Numbered from the stretch's first letter, positions 36,491 through 49,216 are shown. The stretch: 64,000 nucleotides of DNA from Tubulanus polymorphus (GCF_964204645.1 NC_134031.1:3100001-3164000); one strand, 5' to 3'. A program made the numbers and translations. The notes: generated by a model from the sequence alone, not told the origin.

Positions 36491-36727
36491 CACGCGGAAC
36501 AACGACAAGATTCGTAGCTCTGACTCAGTCGCGTTCTACCAGACACGTAAGTACAACTTAGTGGTGATGTATTGTCTTGATTATCAATATAAATCAGAGC
36601 TTATCGCAAAAGAGGCTACGAAGATGTGGGTCTCGCCATTAAACACATTTTGTTCCGATGTAAAATGCCTATTAACAAATATACTTTTTCTTTTTCCGCA
36701 GGTTTTTTTTCAAGCGCTTTATCTACG

Positions 36728-37639
36728 ATGATTAGTAAGTGGCTTTTAATTCTATTAACAGCCGTGTTTCCTAAATTTGTAAAAGGTTTTACGAATGACA
36801 AATTTTGAACACTGGCAAACAGGCTTTGACGTCACACGCACAGGGGCTATGATAATGAAAAAATTTATTGCGATAATTCCAAAAGATGATTTGATCAAGT
36901 TTCCTACGTACCCGTGATTTAGCAATTTTACAGTTATTTCGGAAAATACCATCGTGTATATAAAATCGATAGTTAAGACTGGTTTTCGAGAGCGGTTTCT
37001 AACTAAAAAGCTTTTCCTGCTACGAAACGGCCGGAGCGATTTCCGCAGTTTGAGAGTTTTTAATAGCGTGTTTGGGTGGGGAGGGGCATCGCAGGAAACC
37101 GCTGCGGCAAGCGTTTTCGCGGCTGTTGGTTTTCGCAATAGATTTTTCCTTCTCGGACAATTTTCACGAGCGGTTCCTTTAGCAGCAGGAAAAAGTTAGT
37201 TTAAGACAGTTGTTTGCAGATTTGTCTGGTTATCGGGAAGGCAAACTTGATCTATGTTGTTGACCAAATCGGAAATCATGCTGCAAAATCTTTCGAATAA
37301 TCTGTTTGAATGGATGATATATTTAGTTTCAATCGGTTTTGTTTAATATTCATGCATACACGATCAATAAATATTTAATATAATGATTTATACTCTTATA
37401 AAACTCATAATGCATATCAGCTATAAATACTACGTTTATAGATATTTGATACTTGTGCATTTTCAGGTGAGATGCATAAATTCATCGCTCCACTTTGTGG
37501 GATTTTCTTGTCCATCTTGGGCATAGCTGCGGCTTATAAAGAAAAAGAAAAACAACTGACGGCTGATGATATACTGCAGAGGTTGATTCGAGGTGGAGGC
37601 GGTTATTGCGCCACTGGACGCTGTAAGTCACCGTCTTAG
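36728..37639 (+). CDS. RLIR prepropeptide copy 1 (core GGGGYCATGRCKSPS), 59 aa
   Basis: join(36728-36734, 37467-37639), GT-AG sites; MISEMHKFIAPLCGIFLSILGIAAAYKEKEKQLTADDILQRLIR|GGGGYCATGRCKSPS*. Non-coding exon 1 ends at about 36546. Confidence 0.85.
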
Positions 37640-38200
37640 ATTAAAGTGTTCATTTCTGGAGAGAGCCATCGGGCACTGGGTTTGGAAACTAGTGATTGTT
37701 ATCGCCCGATCTTTCGGCTTCTCAAGTGACTATCGCGTGTTCTCTCGATCTTTTCTGCTTGATTTGAAGACTAATTTTACCGAATGTAATTCGACTAACT
37801 AATGATCTAAAAATAAATGAAATTTTCCTTCATTCGGGTGTTCATTGTTTCTTCGCATGTGTTCTATATAAGGTGATCTCACCGAAGTTATCGCTAGTAC
37901 CAATCTAATGATTGTTTCATTATTTCAATTCCACCTCGCGTCGCATCAGTTCACGCAGACACCAATCAGAGGGAAATCACCGACGGAAAGTAATTCATTT
38001 TCTGAACGTGTTAAGATGCTAACAGCCAGATTCAGAAGGGTACCAACTGACCCCAAAAATGTTGTTACAAATTCGCAACCCGGGTTAACATAGGGTTATG
38101 TAACTTCCATTCTAGTAGAACGCCTGAGTTGAATAATTTTGTTCCCATCTATATGAAAATATATTGAGCTTTATTTGGTCGCTGCGGATATAAGGCCCTG

Positions 38201-38330
38201 AGGCCGGTTGCATAGTCATGACTTAGACTTAAGACCAGTTTAAGACCAACTTAGTTCTATGGCCAATCTAACACCAGTCCTAAGACTTAAGATCACTTTT
38301 GGACTTTAGCCACGACTGTACAACTGGCCC
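38201..38330. mobile_element. Harbinger/Tourist-like MITE
   Basis: TIRs GGCCGGTTGCATAGTC / GACTGTACAACTGGCC, flanked by TGA. Confidence 0.6.
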
Positions 38331-38622
38331 CTGATTACATATATCTGTTTTTTTTTCTTCTCAACATTAGGCAATTGTCTCTTTAGAGTATCATAAATAA
38401 AGCTCTTACGTAGTGTAAACGTTTCATGATAGCAAGATCCAGCCAGGTGGACATGAGACGTTCGGGTGCACGTAGAAACCAGATACGTCCTGAATTCCCG
38501 TTGCATCAACAGTAAGCATCTCACGACTCGAATCTTCAGCCATGCAGCTTATAACAGCCTACACGAGGTTGAAAAGTGAATACGACTTTAAAGGAACATC
38601 GATTCTTTTTCATTAGTTTCAA

Positions 38623-38900
38623 GCGGCGGATCGAGTGGTAAGAGCGTTCGACCCTAGGGAAGCTATGGTCGTGACTTCGAACCCCATACACATTGTCGTC
38701 GGGCAAGACACTCATCCCCATTGCCTCTCTCCGCCCAGGAGTAAACGGGCTCCTGGTCTGATGGATGACTTCTGAGCGCAAAATAGTTTCACTTCTCCTT
38801 AAGGAGAGATGGTATAAATACAAGGTTAGATTGGGGTGATACAAAATACCACTTTAATAGAAAGCGCCGTTGAACCATGGCTGAGCGTTGCGCTCCTGTG
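38623..38900 (+). mobile_element. tRNA-derived SINE with conserved central domain
   Basis: A-box-like GGATCGAGTGGTAAGAGCG and B-box-like TTCGAACCC, then GGGCAAGACACTCATCCCCATTGCCTCTCTCCGCCCAGGAGTAAACGGG, typical of metazoan SINE central domains. Confidence 0.65.
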
Positions 38901-40359
38901 AGAGTATGCTGGTTTAGTAATTCTGATATCTCAGATTTCTCTATCTATTTCCTCTCACGGGGTTTGTGCTCTTACTTTCGCGACAGAGGGCGACACAAGT
39001 ATCGTCCAGTAATATATAAAAACGAAGATACAACGCAACTCGAAAACAGGAAATACGATAGAATACCTTTTCGACTTTTTCAAGATTTGTTTTCAACATA
39101 CTACATCAGAAATAACTACCACATAAAATCTCGGATGATGTATTTTTGAAAATATTAGATTCCAGGCCAAGGATCAAATCGGCACAAAATATATGTTTTT
39201 TATGTTAATTTAGAAAACCTTTCAGACAGACGAAGTTCAACATTGCCCCCTTAAGCGAAATAATCTTGTAACGATCATACCAATTCCAAATCCATATCTT
39301 ATCGGCATTTCGAAGTACCAAAATAAAATGTATTCATAATAAACCGTTTTACAGAAGTTGGCTAGCCGCCATTTTGTTTGGGCTCTTTTTTCCTGCATTG
39401 TCGGGTCATTTTTTCACTTTTCAAAAAACTATTTGTGGTGCGCGTGTTATCATACTTCATTGGTCCATTGATGAATTTTGACAGTTTTAGCAACATTCAA
39501 ACCGTGTGAATGTCTACCTTTCAAAAAATGTAAAATTCATTTGTCAAATTGGCAACAATGCGACGTGAGAGCGATATAAAAACCCGTGGCCAGTTTTTGC
39601 CACACGCGTACAAATTCAGTGCACTCAACTTTGAAGCTCGTTATTTTGAGAAAAACATTTCGCAATAATTCAACCATTTCAGGACCTCTGTGCATGAACG
39701 CCCTCCTTTCAAGGTAAATTTAGAATTCAAAGATATCTTCGATTTCTACATTGTTAAGGTGTAAATGTGAAAGCGTATAAGACCGCAAAAGCGTTCTAAC
39801 TTGTGGTTGAAATATAACTATCACATGCTAATCCATTGTCATATATCTGTCGCTGTCTAATATCGATTTAAGCAGACATTTAACAAGAAAATTGAGCAAT
39901 AATTCTATAAAACAGTTGATTACACATTTTCCATTAGCTGTTTGTATTCACTAATTAGAAGTGGATTCAAATTCTCTTAATTCTATCTATTGACTCAAAT
40001 TTGACGGAGCAGAATATTTACCATGTAATATCCAGTTGCCCATCTGTTTTCGAATCGTGCAGGCATCCGGGCTTCATATACGGCACCGTCAGTAACACTG
40101 GGAACAACGACAAGATTCGAAGCTGTGACTCAGTCAAGTAAGTTCTACCGTTTTTTAATTTATACAGTGCCTTTAAAAGTATCATTCAAAGATCTTTAAA
40201 GTGATGTATTTTACTGTTGGATGAAATCTCCCAGGTAATCGTAATAAGAGACTACAAAGATTTGGGTCTCACCAGAAATACGTTTTACTCCTAAAAATAC
40301 ATAACAACAACAATTCGTTTTCTATTTTCCCAGGTTTTTGTTCGGACGCTTTGTCTTCA

Positions 40360-41238
40360 ATGATTAGTAAGTAACAGCCATGTTCCCTGAATTTGTATAT
40401 GACCATATTATCTTCTGTTTTAACACAAATTTCGAACACTGTCAAACAGACTATGACGTCACGCATACGGCTGCTATAAATAGGCCTACTTCAAAATACT
40501 TCATGGCTGCTATGACAAACTAGTGATTTAATCATTTCAAAGCAATCAGAAGATATTATTGTATAGATAGAATCGGTGATCAAGGCCGGTTTTCACGAGT
40601 GATTCCTACTAGATTTTCCTACGGCTTTTCCTACTATCAAAAAAGGATGTATGCAGAAGCAGGAAACCGTCGCGCAGTTAGAGCGCATCAATATTGCGGG
40701 GAGGTAGGGGGCAGAGCTGGAAACTGCTGCGGCAAGCGTTTTCATGGCTGTTAATTGCAATAGCTTAGAAAAAAAGCTTAAGCCCGTGAAAACCAGCCCT
40801 GTTCGATATTTTCATAGTTATTAAGGAGGCAAAGTTTATCTATGTTTATTGGAATAAATCTGGGATTATGGTAAAAATTCTTGAAATAATGAGCTTAAAT
40901 TGTTGCCATTTTTTCCAATCGGTTAAATAATCTTACACATTCATTTCAGAATCAATTATTGTATCAAGCACTATAGTACTTAGATTTTAATTATTATAAA
41001 TTAGGGCATATCATATCAGCTAATATACATTTCAGGTGCGATGCTCTATTATCACTTTGCATTTTTAGTTGAGATGTTTAAAGTCATCGCTCCACTTTGT
41101 GGGATTTTCTTGTCCATCTTGGGCATAGCTGCGGCTTATAAAGAAAGAGAAAAACAACTGACGGCTGATGATTTTCTGGAGAGGTTGATTCGAGGTGGAG
41201 GCAGTTCGTGCGTCAATGGCTGTGGGCTCAGTTCCTAG
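40360..41238 (+). CDS. RLIR prepropeptide copy 2 (core GGGSSCVNGCGLSS), 58 aa
   Basis: join(40360-40366, 41069-41238), with an alternative in-frame acceptor at 41036; ..EMFKVIAPLCGIFLSILGIAAAYKEREKQLTADDFLERLIR|GGGSSCVNGCGLSS*. Confidence 0.85.
40582..40800. mobile_element. MITE in intron 2 of copy 2 (homologous remnant in copy 1 at about 36975-37200)
   Basis: TIRs GGCCGGTTTTCACG / CGTGAAAACCAGCCC; internal GGAAAC(C/T)GCTGCGGCAAGCGTTTTC shared with copy 1. Confidence 0.55.
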
Positions 41239-42930
41239 ACTCAGTTCATTTCTTGAGAAAGCCATCGGGCACTAGGTTCAAAAGTCCTGGTTTTTCATAA
41301 TTCAACGCGCCCGATTTTTTAGCCTCTCAGGCGACCGCGACACGCAATCTATCATTACTTTCAGTAAATTGAGAAAACTCATCTTACTTTCATTCGACCA
41401 AAGATATAAAAATATATGAAATTTCGCTTAGTATGAGATTCTTCTTTTGTTTCTTGACGTGTTTTGTTGAAGGTTATGTGTACTTTTCAAGGAATCTATT
41501 GATAACACGGGTGTAATGGTTTTCCAGAATAAGACATGGTTAGAGAGAATGGGAAGGCTGAAGCGGAGTTCTACCGATGGGAACGAAATACATTCGAAAA
41601 TACGTAACTCGCGAGACGTTGAGTGTCAGGTTTATAGGTATTTACGATAGCTGTCCTAAAAAGGGCAACCTCGACGGGCTGGCAAAAATCCGGACCCCAA
41701 AAAACCATCCCGAGATCCGCCCCAACGATGTCTTTTGTAGAATAACGTTTCAGATTCTTCAACACGCCGAGAATTACTTTATAAACATTTCTAGCAATAG
41801 AAAATAATCTACTAAAAACTAAAGATTCTAGCATCAGAACAAAGATGGAGGTTTGTTTCTATACCGACCTGACATATCAATGCTGATAGACGCTCCATTC
41901 TTGAATATTTTCATCGATCATCAGAAGCAGATCGGAACAACAGCATACAATTGACGAGTACAGTATTATTACGAATAGTTTCATGTCGCTTAGAAATATA
42001 TCGTCCGAACACAACTTCAAAACTGCGACCCTCCGTAGATATATATTCTTGAAATGTCCGCAGTAACAAAATTGCAACAACCGACCGATACTTTCGATAA
42101 AGTAACATTGAAGAAGTGGTTTTATAGTGAAAGTCCAGATCTTTATAACTAACCGAATATCGAGATCCAACCACGAAATACTGAATAATGTATGCTATAT
42201 ACTGTATTCAAATCCATAATTCTGCGTAATATTCCATCGAACTATGATTTATAATCGTGTAGATTCGCCATAATCATTATTCAATTAGAATTATCGAGAA
42301 ACGACTAAACTTCATAAACAATAATCCGTCGTTTAAACTTGTACAAGCAAATGAAGCCAGGGAATGCTGAATCGGCCATGTTTGTGTGATAAGTGCGATT
42401 TAGTCTCATATTAATCCGTTCAATTATCTACTCACTCAGAAACTTACCGATTAATAACTTGTTCTCGTGTGTATATATACCCCTTGTTTCTACTTTATTC
42501 CCTTACACCTTTTCACAATCTCAAATTCAAAGTAAAGGCTTCATCTATGACCTTTCAAGAAACAATTACCTACCTGGATATCGTCAGTAGAAAAAAAACA
42601 AGATGGGAATCATAGTAAATAGTAACTACCCTAACCGAATCAACCAAAATCGTCGAATGTTTGATGAAAGACGGTGCAAAAAAGAATAGATTCAGAATAG
42701 ATGACTTTGAATGAATTGATAGAATCTGAATCGCCCGAGACGGAACAAATGAAAACTCGAATCAAGTTGAACGAAATTTATTTTCAGATAGAATTACAGT
42801 CAATTACTTTATTCCTAAATCAATCCAACAAGAGAAAGTATGTGTCGGCCTATATTGAGATATAATACGGGATTTTGCGATAGAGACTTCACTCAACACC
42901 CGACAGCTTTCACGAGATATAGAATGCTTT

Positions 42931-44028
42931 TTAGCCGCTACAGCCGGTTCCGCCGCAATCAGGTGGACCTCGAATTAACCTCTCCAATAAAGCATCAGCC
43001 GACAGCTCTTTTTCTTTTTCTTCATCGGCTGCAGCCATTGCCCAGATGGACACAAAAATTCCACAGAGCGGAACAACGAATTTAAACATGTCACCTAGAA
43101 ATGAATACATTGATCGTACAGAGCGTATAGGAAAAAACTTCCGAAGTTTAAATTAGGATATATGTAATTAATGATGATAACCTAAACAATTAACTTATTG
43201 TAAACTAAGTAAGCTGTTCCGTGGTGTGAAGAAATCAAATTGCATTTAAAGATTTCTTGTCGCAAATCTCAATGTTCAGTGAAATGGCGGTGCGCAGTGG
43301 GAGATCCCTTTTGCGCGTAATCTCAAACTCAAGCGGGTACAGGTCAGTCGTCAGGAAAGATATTCAAAAAAAAATTCAACAGAGGCTTAAACTGCAAATA
43401 ACCATCTTTAACCTCTGTGAAAATTAAAAATATAGCTTTAAGAGATACTTAGATATTTTAGAATTAATAAATATTGCGATTTCTTTTACGCGCGGTTAAG
43501 ATGTGCGGTCCTTGGTTTCACATCGTCACTGTTCTCAATAGTTGCGTTCAAAAATTCTAAGAAACGCCAGCAAATATCTGCATTTCATTTCCTTTAAAAT
43601 GGTGCATAAATTAATTTCGTCGAGCAAGGGACTGCAGAACTATATGATATTCAATCTAAACTTATGTTTTAAAAATGAGCGCAAATTATCGCAACAATGG
43701 GGACCTCGAGGGACCGCCACAAAATGACGCCTAGAAACTGGAAACTTCTTTATTAACGCCAACATCAGTGAGCTATGGCCAAAACTGAATGAATGGTCGT
43801 GACAGATTTTTAGAAGGATATTTCTTCTAATTTTCAGTAAAATCCAGCATCTCAATAGCTAAACTTTGACCCTTTTCTCTCACTCACCCGCTACTCATTT
43901 TTTGAAATTTTAGAATACGCATAGTTTTTACAACAGCCAATATTCTGGAGGAGGCCACATAGGAGCCTTAAGACATAGACATGATGCTATTCCCGTTAAA
44001 AAGACTTATTCGACAACTTACCTATCAT
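42931..44028 (-). CDS. RLIR prepropeptide copy 3, inverted (core GPPDCGGTGCSG), 56 aa
   Basis: complement join(44022-44028, 42931-43094); MIGDMFKFVVPLCGIFVSIWAMAAADEEKEKELSADALLERLIR|GPPDCGGTGCSG*. Exon 1 donor at about 44148, TATA (CATATAAG) at about 44220. Confidence 0.85.
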
Positions 44029-44435
44029 CGTAGATACGTGCTGGAACTAAACAAAACCTACAAACATCAAGACGTGCATTTTTTTAGGGGCTTAGTGTGG
44101 TAAATTGATTCATACACGTCAAAAGATATTGAAAGAGATTATGCTTACGTGCTTTGTAGAATTTACCGATGGATTGTTCCGGAGCTGTGAGACTCGTCTC
44201 CTGTTGCTGGTGGCTACTTATATGATATCTACTGACAAACTTGAATTCTAGAAAATCGAATCCACTTTACACTCGTGAACTTTTAGAGTGGCGTCATATT
44301 AAATTTCAGTTGGTTCGGTGTATTAAAACCTTAGTAATTTGATTCGATCTTACAGTTAATATGCAATGCATTCTTCAATTCTATAGTAAATAAATATATT
44401 ATTATATTTTGCATTTCATAAAACACCAGCGGAGA

Positions 44436-44616
44436 TTAAAACCCTTTCAGTGCTGATTAGTTAATTTCAGAAAGTGCTGGATTAATAATTAATAAGTGCT
44501 GGATTATAATTTAAAAATTTCCAAAAAAGCGTGCTAACGGGCACCCTGCTTTAGTGTGTCTACACCGCGGCGCAAAGACCATCGCCGATTTATACACCGC
44601 ACAGAAAGGGTTTTAA
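44436..44616. mobile_element. Deleted copy of the piggyBac-like MITE
   Basis: CCCTTTCAGTGCTGA ... TACACCGC ... GAAAGGG; same family as 28323-28621. Confidence 0.65.
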
Positions 44617-45866
44617 AGAAAAGGTTCTTTGAAATGTTAGAGGTGTAATACCTTTTACACCTAATAAAATCATCCGGATAAGCTCATGATAATGATAACT
44701 GAGTTTATCCTTTATCAATAAAAATGATAACTGAGTTTATCCTTTATCAATAAAATACTGATGAGAAGCGTAATCATAGGTTTAGAATTGTTCAGGCCTA
44801 CTACCATTTCTAACTACGCAATGGTCAGATACAGGCATCCAGTTGGATTTTTGCAATAAAATCTGATTACGAATATCCCAAATATCAAAACCTTGTTACA
44901 TGTGTTCTGCTGTTCTAAGTGGTCTGCTGGTTGATGTCAGTTCTTCATTTGGCAAATTCATGTAAAAGAATCTTTTTGGTGACAAATATTCTCTTCCAGT
45001 GGTCTGTAGCTGAAGTCGGCTAGGTTATCTACATCAGCTAGTGTAATCGTTATAGCACTGGACAATGAAATTATCATGAAGTATTTCGCATGTATGATTA
45101 ATGTGGAAACAGACTCAATCAATCTAATTTGCGATAAATTCATATAAAGTCTTTCATCCATAAAATTCGTTCATAGTGTTCCCCACCAGACGTGCTTCAG
45201 ACGTGCTTCAGACGTGCTTCGCCGTTCAACATTTGTTCGTATCGATAACAATTGATGTAAAATTACCGAAATTTCGTATTCAGATGTTTGCAGCTTAAGC
45301 GTGAAAGTGGATTCATATTTCACTCACTTTGCAACGCTGAATGAATTGAAAATAGAATCGATTACATAGATCGAGTTACTGTCTGATGCGATAAAACCGC
45401 GTAATACGTGTCGGATTCATGTATGCACCATCGAACACTTTGACAGATATCAGAATTGCAGAATCCAATTCAACCAAAGAAGTAAGAGGTATCTAACAAT
45501 GATTGTTTCAATTTTCATTTTTCATTTCTAATCAATTAGTGCCAGAATTTACATGGTTTTTATGTGAGTTCATCCGATGTGACGTAGGGTTTTCTATTGT
45601 TTTCCTTGAGATATTTACATAGTAACTTTAATAGCTGGTGGTTCTCTACGTCAGTGAAATAATCCTGATCTGTGTGACGAACACACTGATAAGCCAAATC
45701 TAAACCAGTCATATCTAATCAGCAATTTTTCAATGACAAAATATATCGTATTCACACTGGATTCTTAAGGAATACTTTGTTAGTGTTCATTGACGATTCC
45801 GCCCATAAGACCAGGCTGGTACATGCCTCGAAATATTTGCATCGCATACATTAGTAAGATGCGTCT

Positions 45867-45950
45867 AATCCTCCCTCGGCAGGGATTCGAACCTGATGGC
45901 ATCGCTACACGAACTCGATCAGGTTCGAATCCCTGCCGGGGGAGGATGGA
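45867..45950. mobile_element. Short hairpin derivative of the 3286-3625 element
   Basis: ATCCTCCCTCGGCAGGGATTCGAACCTGAT ... ATCAGGTTCGAATCCCTGCCGGGGGAGGAT. Confidence 0.7.
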
Positions 45951-46553
45951 TGAATCGGTAATGTGTAAGTTTATAAAACTGTAATTGAGGATAAACTTTC
46001 GATTGCTAATATATGCCCACTGCTGTACTGCTCGTCGTCATATTTACCGCTGATATCGATTCACGCTGGACGAGCAAGAAATTGCGTGATAATTCCATAA
46101 AACAGTTGAATAAACATTTTCCATCAGCTTTGTGCATTCTCCTATTATTAGAAGTGGGTTCGAATTCTCTTAGTTCTTTATGATGAGTTAAACTTCGACG
46201 ACCACGATATTTACAATGTAATATCCAGTTTCCCATCTGTTTTCGAATCGTGCAGGCAACCGGGCTTCATATACGGCACCATCAGTAATACTGGGAACAA
46301 CGAGTAGATTGGAAGCTGTGAATCGATCTATCGTCCACTGAACACGTAAGTTATTCATACAGTGCCTTTTTACGTTTGATTCCTTGGTCTTTAAAGTGAT
46401 GTATTGTTTGTATGAAATCTCACAGGTTATCGTAATTAGGGGCTACTAACATGTGGGTCTCACCAGAAATACGCATTATTCCTAAAATGCATAACAACAA
46501 TAATGTGTTTTTTTATCATTTTCCTAGGATTTTATTCAAACGCAGTGTCTACA

Positions 46554-47110
46554 ATCATTAGTAAGTGGGACTCCATTTACACTATTAACAATATTGATAA
46601 TAACGAAAATAATAATAATTGTTATCATCATCATAATTGTTATTATCTTTATTATTGCTATTATTAAAATGGCTTTTGTTTATGTCCTGTAAGTTTATAT
46701 GCTACGTTACTTTTATTTTCTCGTCATTTCGCCCGATAATGGCTGTTAGTCAACAGCCGAAACGTCGTGGTTTCGTTTTGATAATCTATATCGTATGAAA
46801 ATTCGAATTGTGGGACCTCTTCGGTTAGAATAGCTAGGTACCAGTGTTTCGCAATACTATCCGTAGTTATTAATTTGTCTAATTCTGGATTTATTTGGCC
46901 AATTATCATATTAAAAAAGACATAAAAAGTCAAATCATTCGTTTTTTCTTCACAGGTAAGGTGCTGAAATTCGTTTCTTCACTTATTGGGATATTTGTCT
47001 CCATTTGCGCGATGGCTGCCGCCGCCGAAGAAAAAGCGCAAGATTCCAATACTGCACTCCATAGGCTAATCAGAGGATATTGCAACGCCAGTGGAACAGT
47101 TTGTTCCTAA
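46554..47110 (+). pseudogene. RLIR prepropeptide copy 4 (core GYCNASGTVCS); both homologous start codons lost (pseudogene or non-AUG start)
   Basis: Exon 2 has ATC at 46554 where paralogs have ATG. Exon 3 (46956-47110) has GTG at 46961. The frame is otherwise intact: KVLKFVSSLIGIFVSICAMAAAAEEKAQDSNTALHRLIR|GYCNASGTVCS*. Confidence 0.65.
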
Positions 47111-47504
47111 AAACATGAATATTTTGAGTCACTTATTGGCGACGAGTTGCAATTAATGCAGTTAAATCTTTTTCTCCAATTCTCAAACAATATTTCCTTT
47201 CACACCATCTTTCTTATATTGTTCATTAAGAAAGCTATCTAATATACTATAATTGGACTACTAAATAAAGTATCGAAATAAATACTCCAATGAACTCTGT
47301 TCTTCTTTGGTTGAAATGAGGATTCCTATTTGCATGAAGCGGAAAACATCTGACACAAATATCTTAATGATTTCAACGGGAATGTTTAATGCTAATGAAA
47401 TATTCACTATTTCAGGGCACATAAAAGAAGTGGCAAAAGAGTAATCTTATAGAAAATCACTGCGAATAAAGTTTCCGTTGTTTCTCAAAATGGCACTGGA
47501 AAAT

Positions 47505-47755
47505 TGCCACGAGAACACGCGCTCCTGCGCTCTCGTCTGGATCCACCTCTTGTGAAAACTGGATGACTTCAATGCTCGTCTTAATTCACGTCAAACGCAT
47601 TTTACTGCACCATCAATAGGGGCATCTCGCGATCCTATCGAATACCCCCATATACTTAAATTCCTACTGCCCACTCTCAGCGTCTCCGTCATAAAATTCC
47701 AGCTCTACAAGAGTGCGAGCGACGAATGGAATGTAATCGTGAAGAATAGTACAAT
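47505..47755 (+). repeat. About 250-bp direct repeat, copy A (copy B at about 50023-50285)
   Basis: CCACGAGAAC..GGGCATCTCxCGATCCTATCGAATACCCCCATATACTTAAATTCCTACTGCCCACTCTCAGCGTCTCCGTC..GTACAAT occurs on both sides of the second GPCR. Confidence 0.85.
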
Positions 47756-48226
47756 ATGTCCGTAACATTTTCGTTTTGCCAAGTTCTATGAGACCGGTGT
47801 AGAGAAGTACATTTCTTGTTAACGTCACCGTAACGATCAGTGATAACCTTTCTCCACTGGCGGGGTGCTGGTAACATGAATTCCATAAATGACACTCTTA
47901 TAATGGGGAAGATTTTATCATAGTCTCGTCTTACCCATAGTTAAGTTACATCTTGTCTTGTTTATAACTGTCTAAAACATATTAAGGAATTTTTTCAATC
48001 AAATAACATTTTTATGTATTAAACGAAATGGATTTTCTTTTTACTCTGGGTTGTAGGACAATTCCACGGACAATTCCCACGAATAAGAAATATTCACCAT
48101 CATGTTACCTCCGGAGCTCTGTATCGACTAGTCGGGGAAATGCTATGTGAAAAATGCTAAAAAGGATTTCCTTTACTTTGTTACATGGAATGCAACATTT
48201 TTGCTTTTATCTATCATAGGCTTTTA

Positions 48227-49216
48227 TTAAATTCCATTACCACGATACTTTTTAAATGTCCCCCATTCCGTTCCCTCACGTAAGTTATTCCTGAAGTTAC
48301 TGCTGAATAAAAGAATGAAACCATTAACGATATGGTTTGCATTTTTCAGGACTACAGAAATCGCATCGGCAGTTAAAATGAAAACTCCATATAACCCATC
48401 GCAGTGAGAAAGGTAATACATGAATGTCTTTGAATGGTGTCCATGTTCTAACAAGAGAAGTTGTGTAAGACAATTCAAAAATGACAAAATCAAAAATGCG
48501 GCAGCTGTGGAAACGACTAAGACAGTTAGCTTTTTGGCAGCTACTTTTTTCTTGCCAGTACCTTGACCATCCATACCCGCAGAAATTTTAGCACCGACAA
48601 TTATTTTTGCATTGCAAATGACAATAGTTACGAATGGTATGTAGAGAGACAAGGCGCTGTTAGTGTAATAGAAAATACTCACTCCAATTTCACTTATTAA
48701 TCTGCAATTTGTCCACGTACTCATGAAAGCTGTTGGTTCGTGGAAAGCCGACCAAACTATGTGGAAGAGAATAAAAAGACCACTGGTTATAGCGATGGAT
48801 TTCTTTGCCCTACCGACGGTACACAGACTTGCCGCTTGAAGAGGCCTCGAAACAGCTACCGCGCGGTCAACTGTCATCAAAACCAGTACCCACACTGCTA
48901 TATGACTCGGACAGTGCGTGTGAAAAACCTTCACAATGCACATTACTTTGTTGAATTTAACGTGAAAGTAGTCCATCAAATAGGGTACCTCGATAGATAT
49001 TATTGCGTAAAGATCGGCGATACTTAACGCGAGCAAGTAGAAATGTCCCCCGCTGAATGACGCTTTCTTGTAAGTTCCTAAAGCTACGATTATCAAACCC
49101 AGGAGACTTATAACTGGAAATGCAAAAGCCGAATATAAATTCAATTTAACGGTAATCGGTGGTATCCTGTCGAAATATATTTGGCATACATTTATAGCGT
49201 GGCTCGAATCGTTCAT
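48227..49216 (-). CDS. Intronless divergent class A GPCR embedded in the peptide array
   Basis: 329-aa ORF with 7 hydrophobic segments, TM2 YLLALSIAD, TM3 C..MTVDRAVAVSRPL, TM5 YIPFVTIVICN; TM7 NHIVNGFILLF lacks NPxxY. Confidence 0.88.
   Translation of the reverse strand: MNDSSHAINVCQIYFDRIPPITVKLNLYSAFAFPVISLLGLIIVALGTYKKASFSGGHFYLLALSIADLYAIISIEVPYLMDYFHVKFNKVMCIVKVFHTHCPSHIAVWVLVLMTVDRAVAVSRPLQAASLCTVGRAKKSIAITSGLFILFHIVWSAFHEPTAFMSTWTNCRLISEIGVSIFYYTNSALSLYIPFVTIVICNAKIIVGAKISAGMDGQGTGKKKVAAKKLTVLVVSTAAAFLILSFLNCLTQLLLLEHGHHSKTFMYYLSHCDGLYGVFILTADAISVVLKNANHIVNGFILLFSSNFRNNLREGTEWGTFKKYRGNGI

Noticed and set aside
38623-38700. tRNA gene candidates (also about 21600, 3300, 45900)
   Set aside because: Only A/B-box-like remnants within SINE or MITE contexts; no complete cloverleaf.
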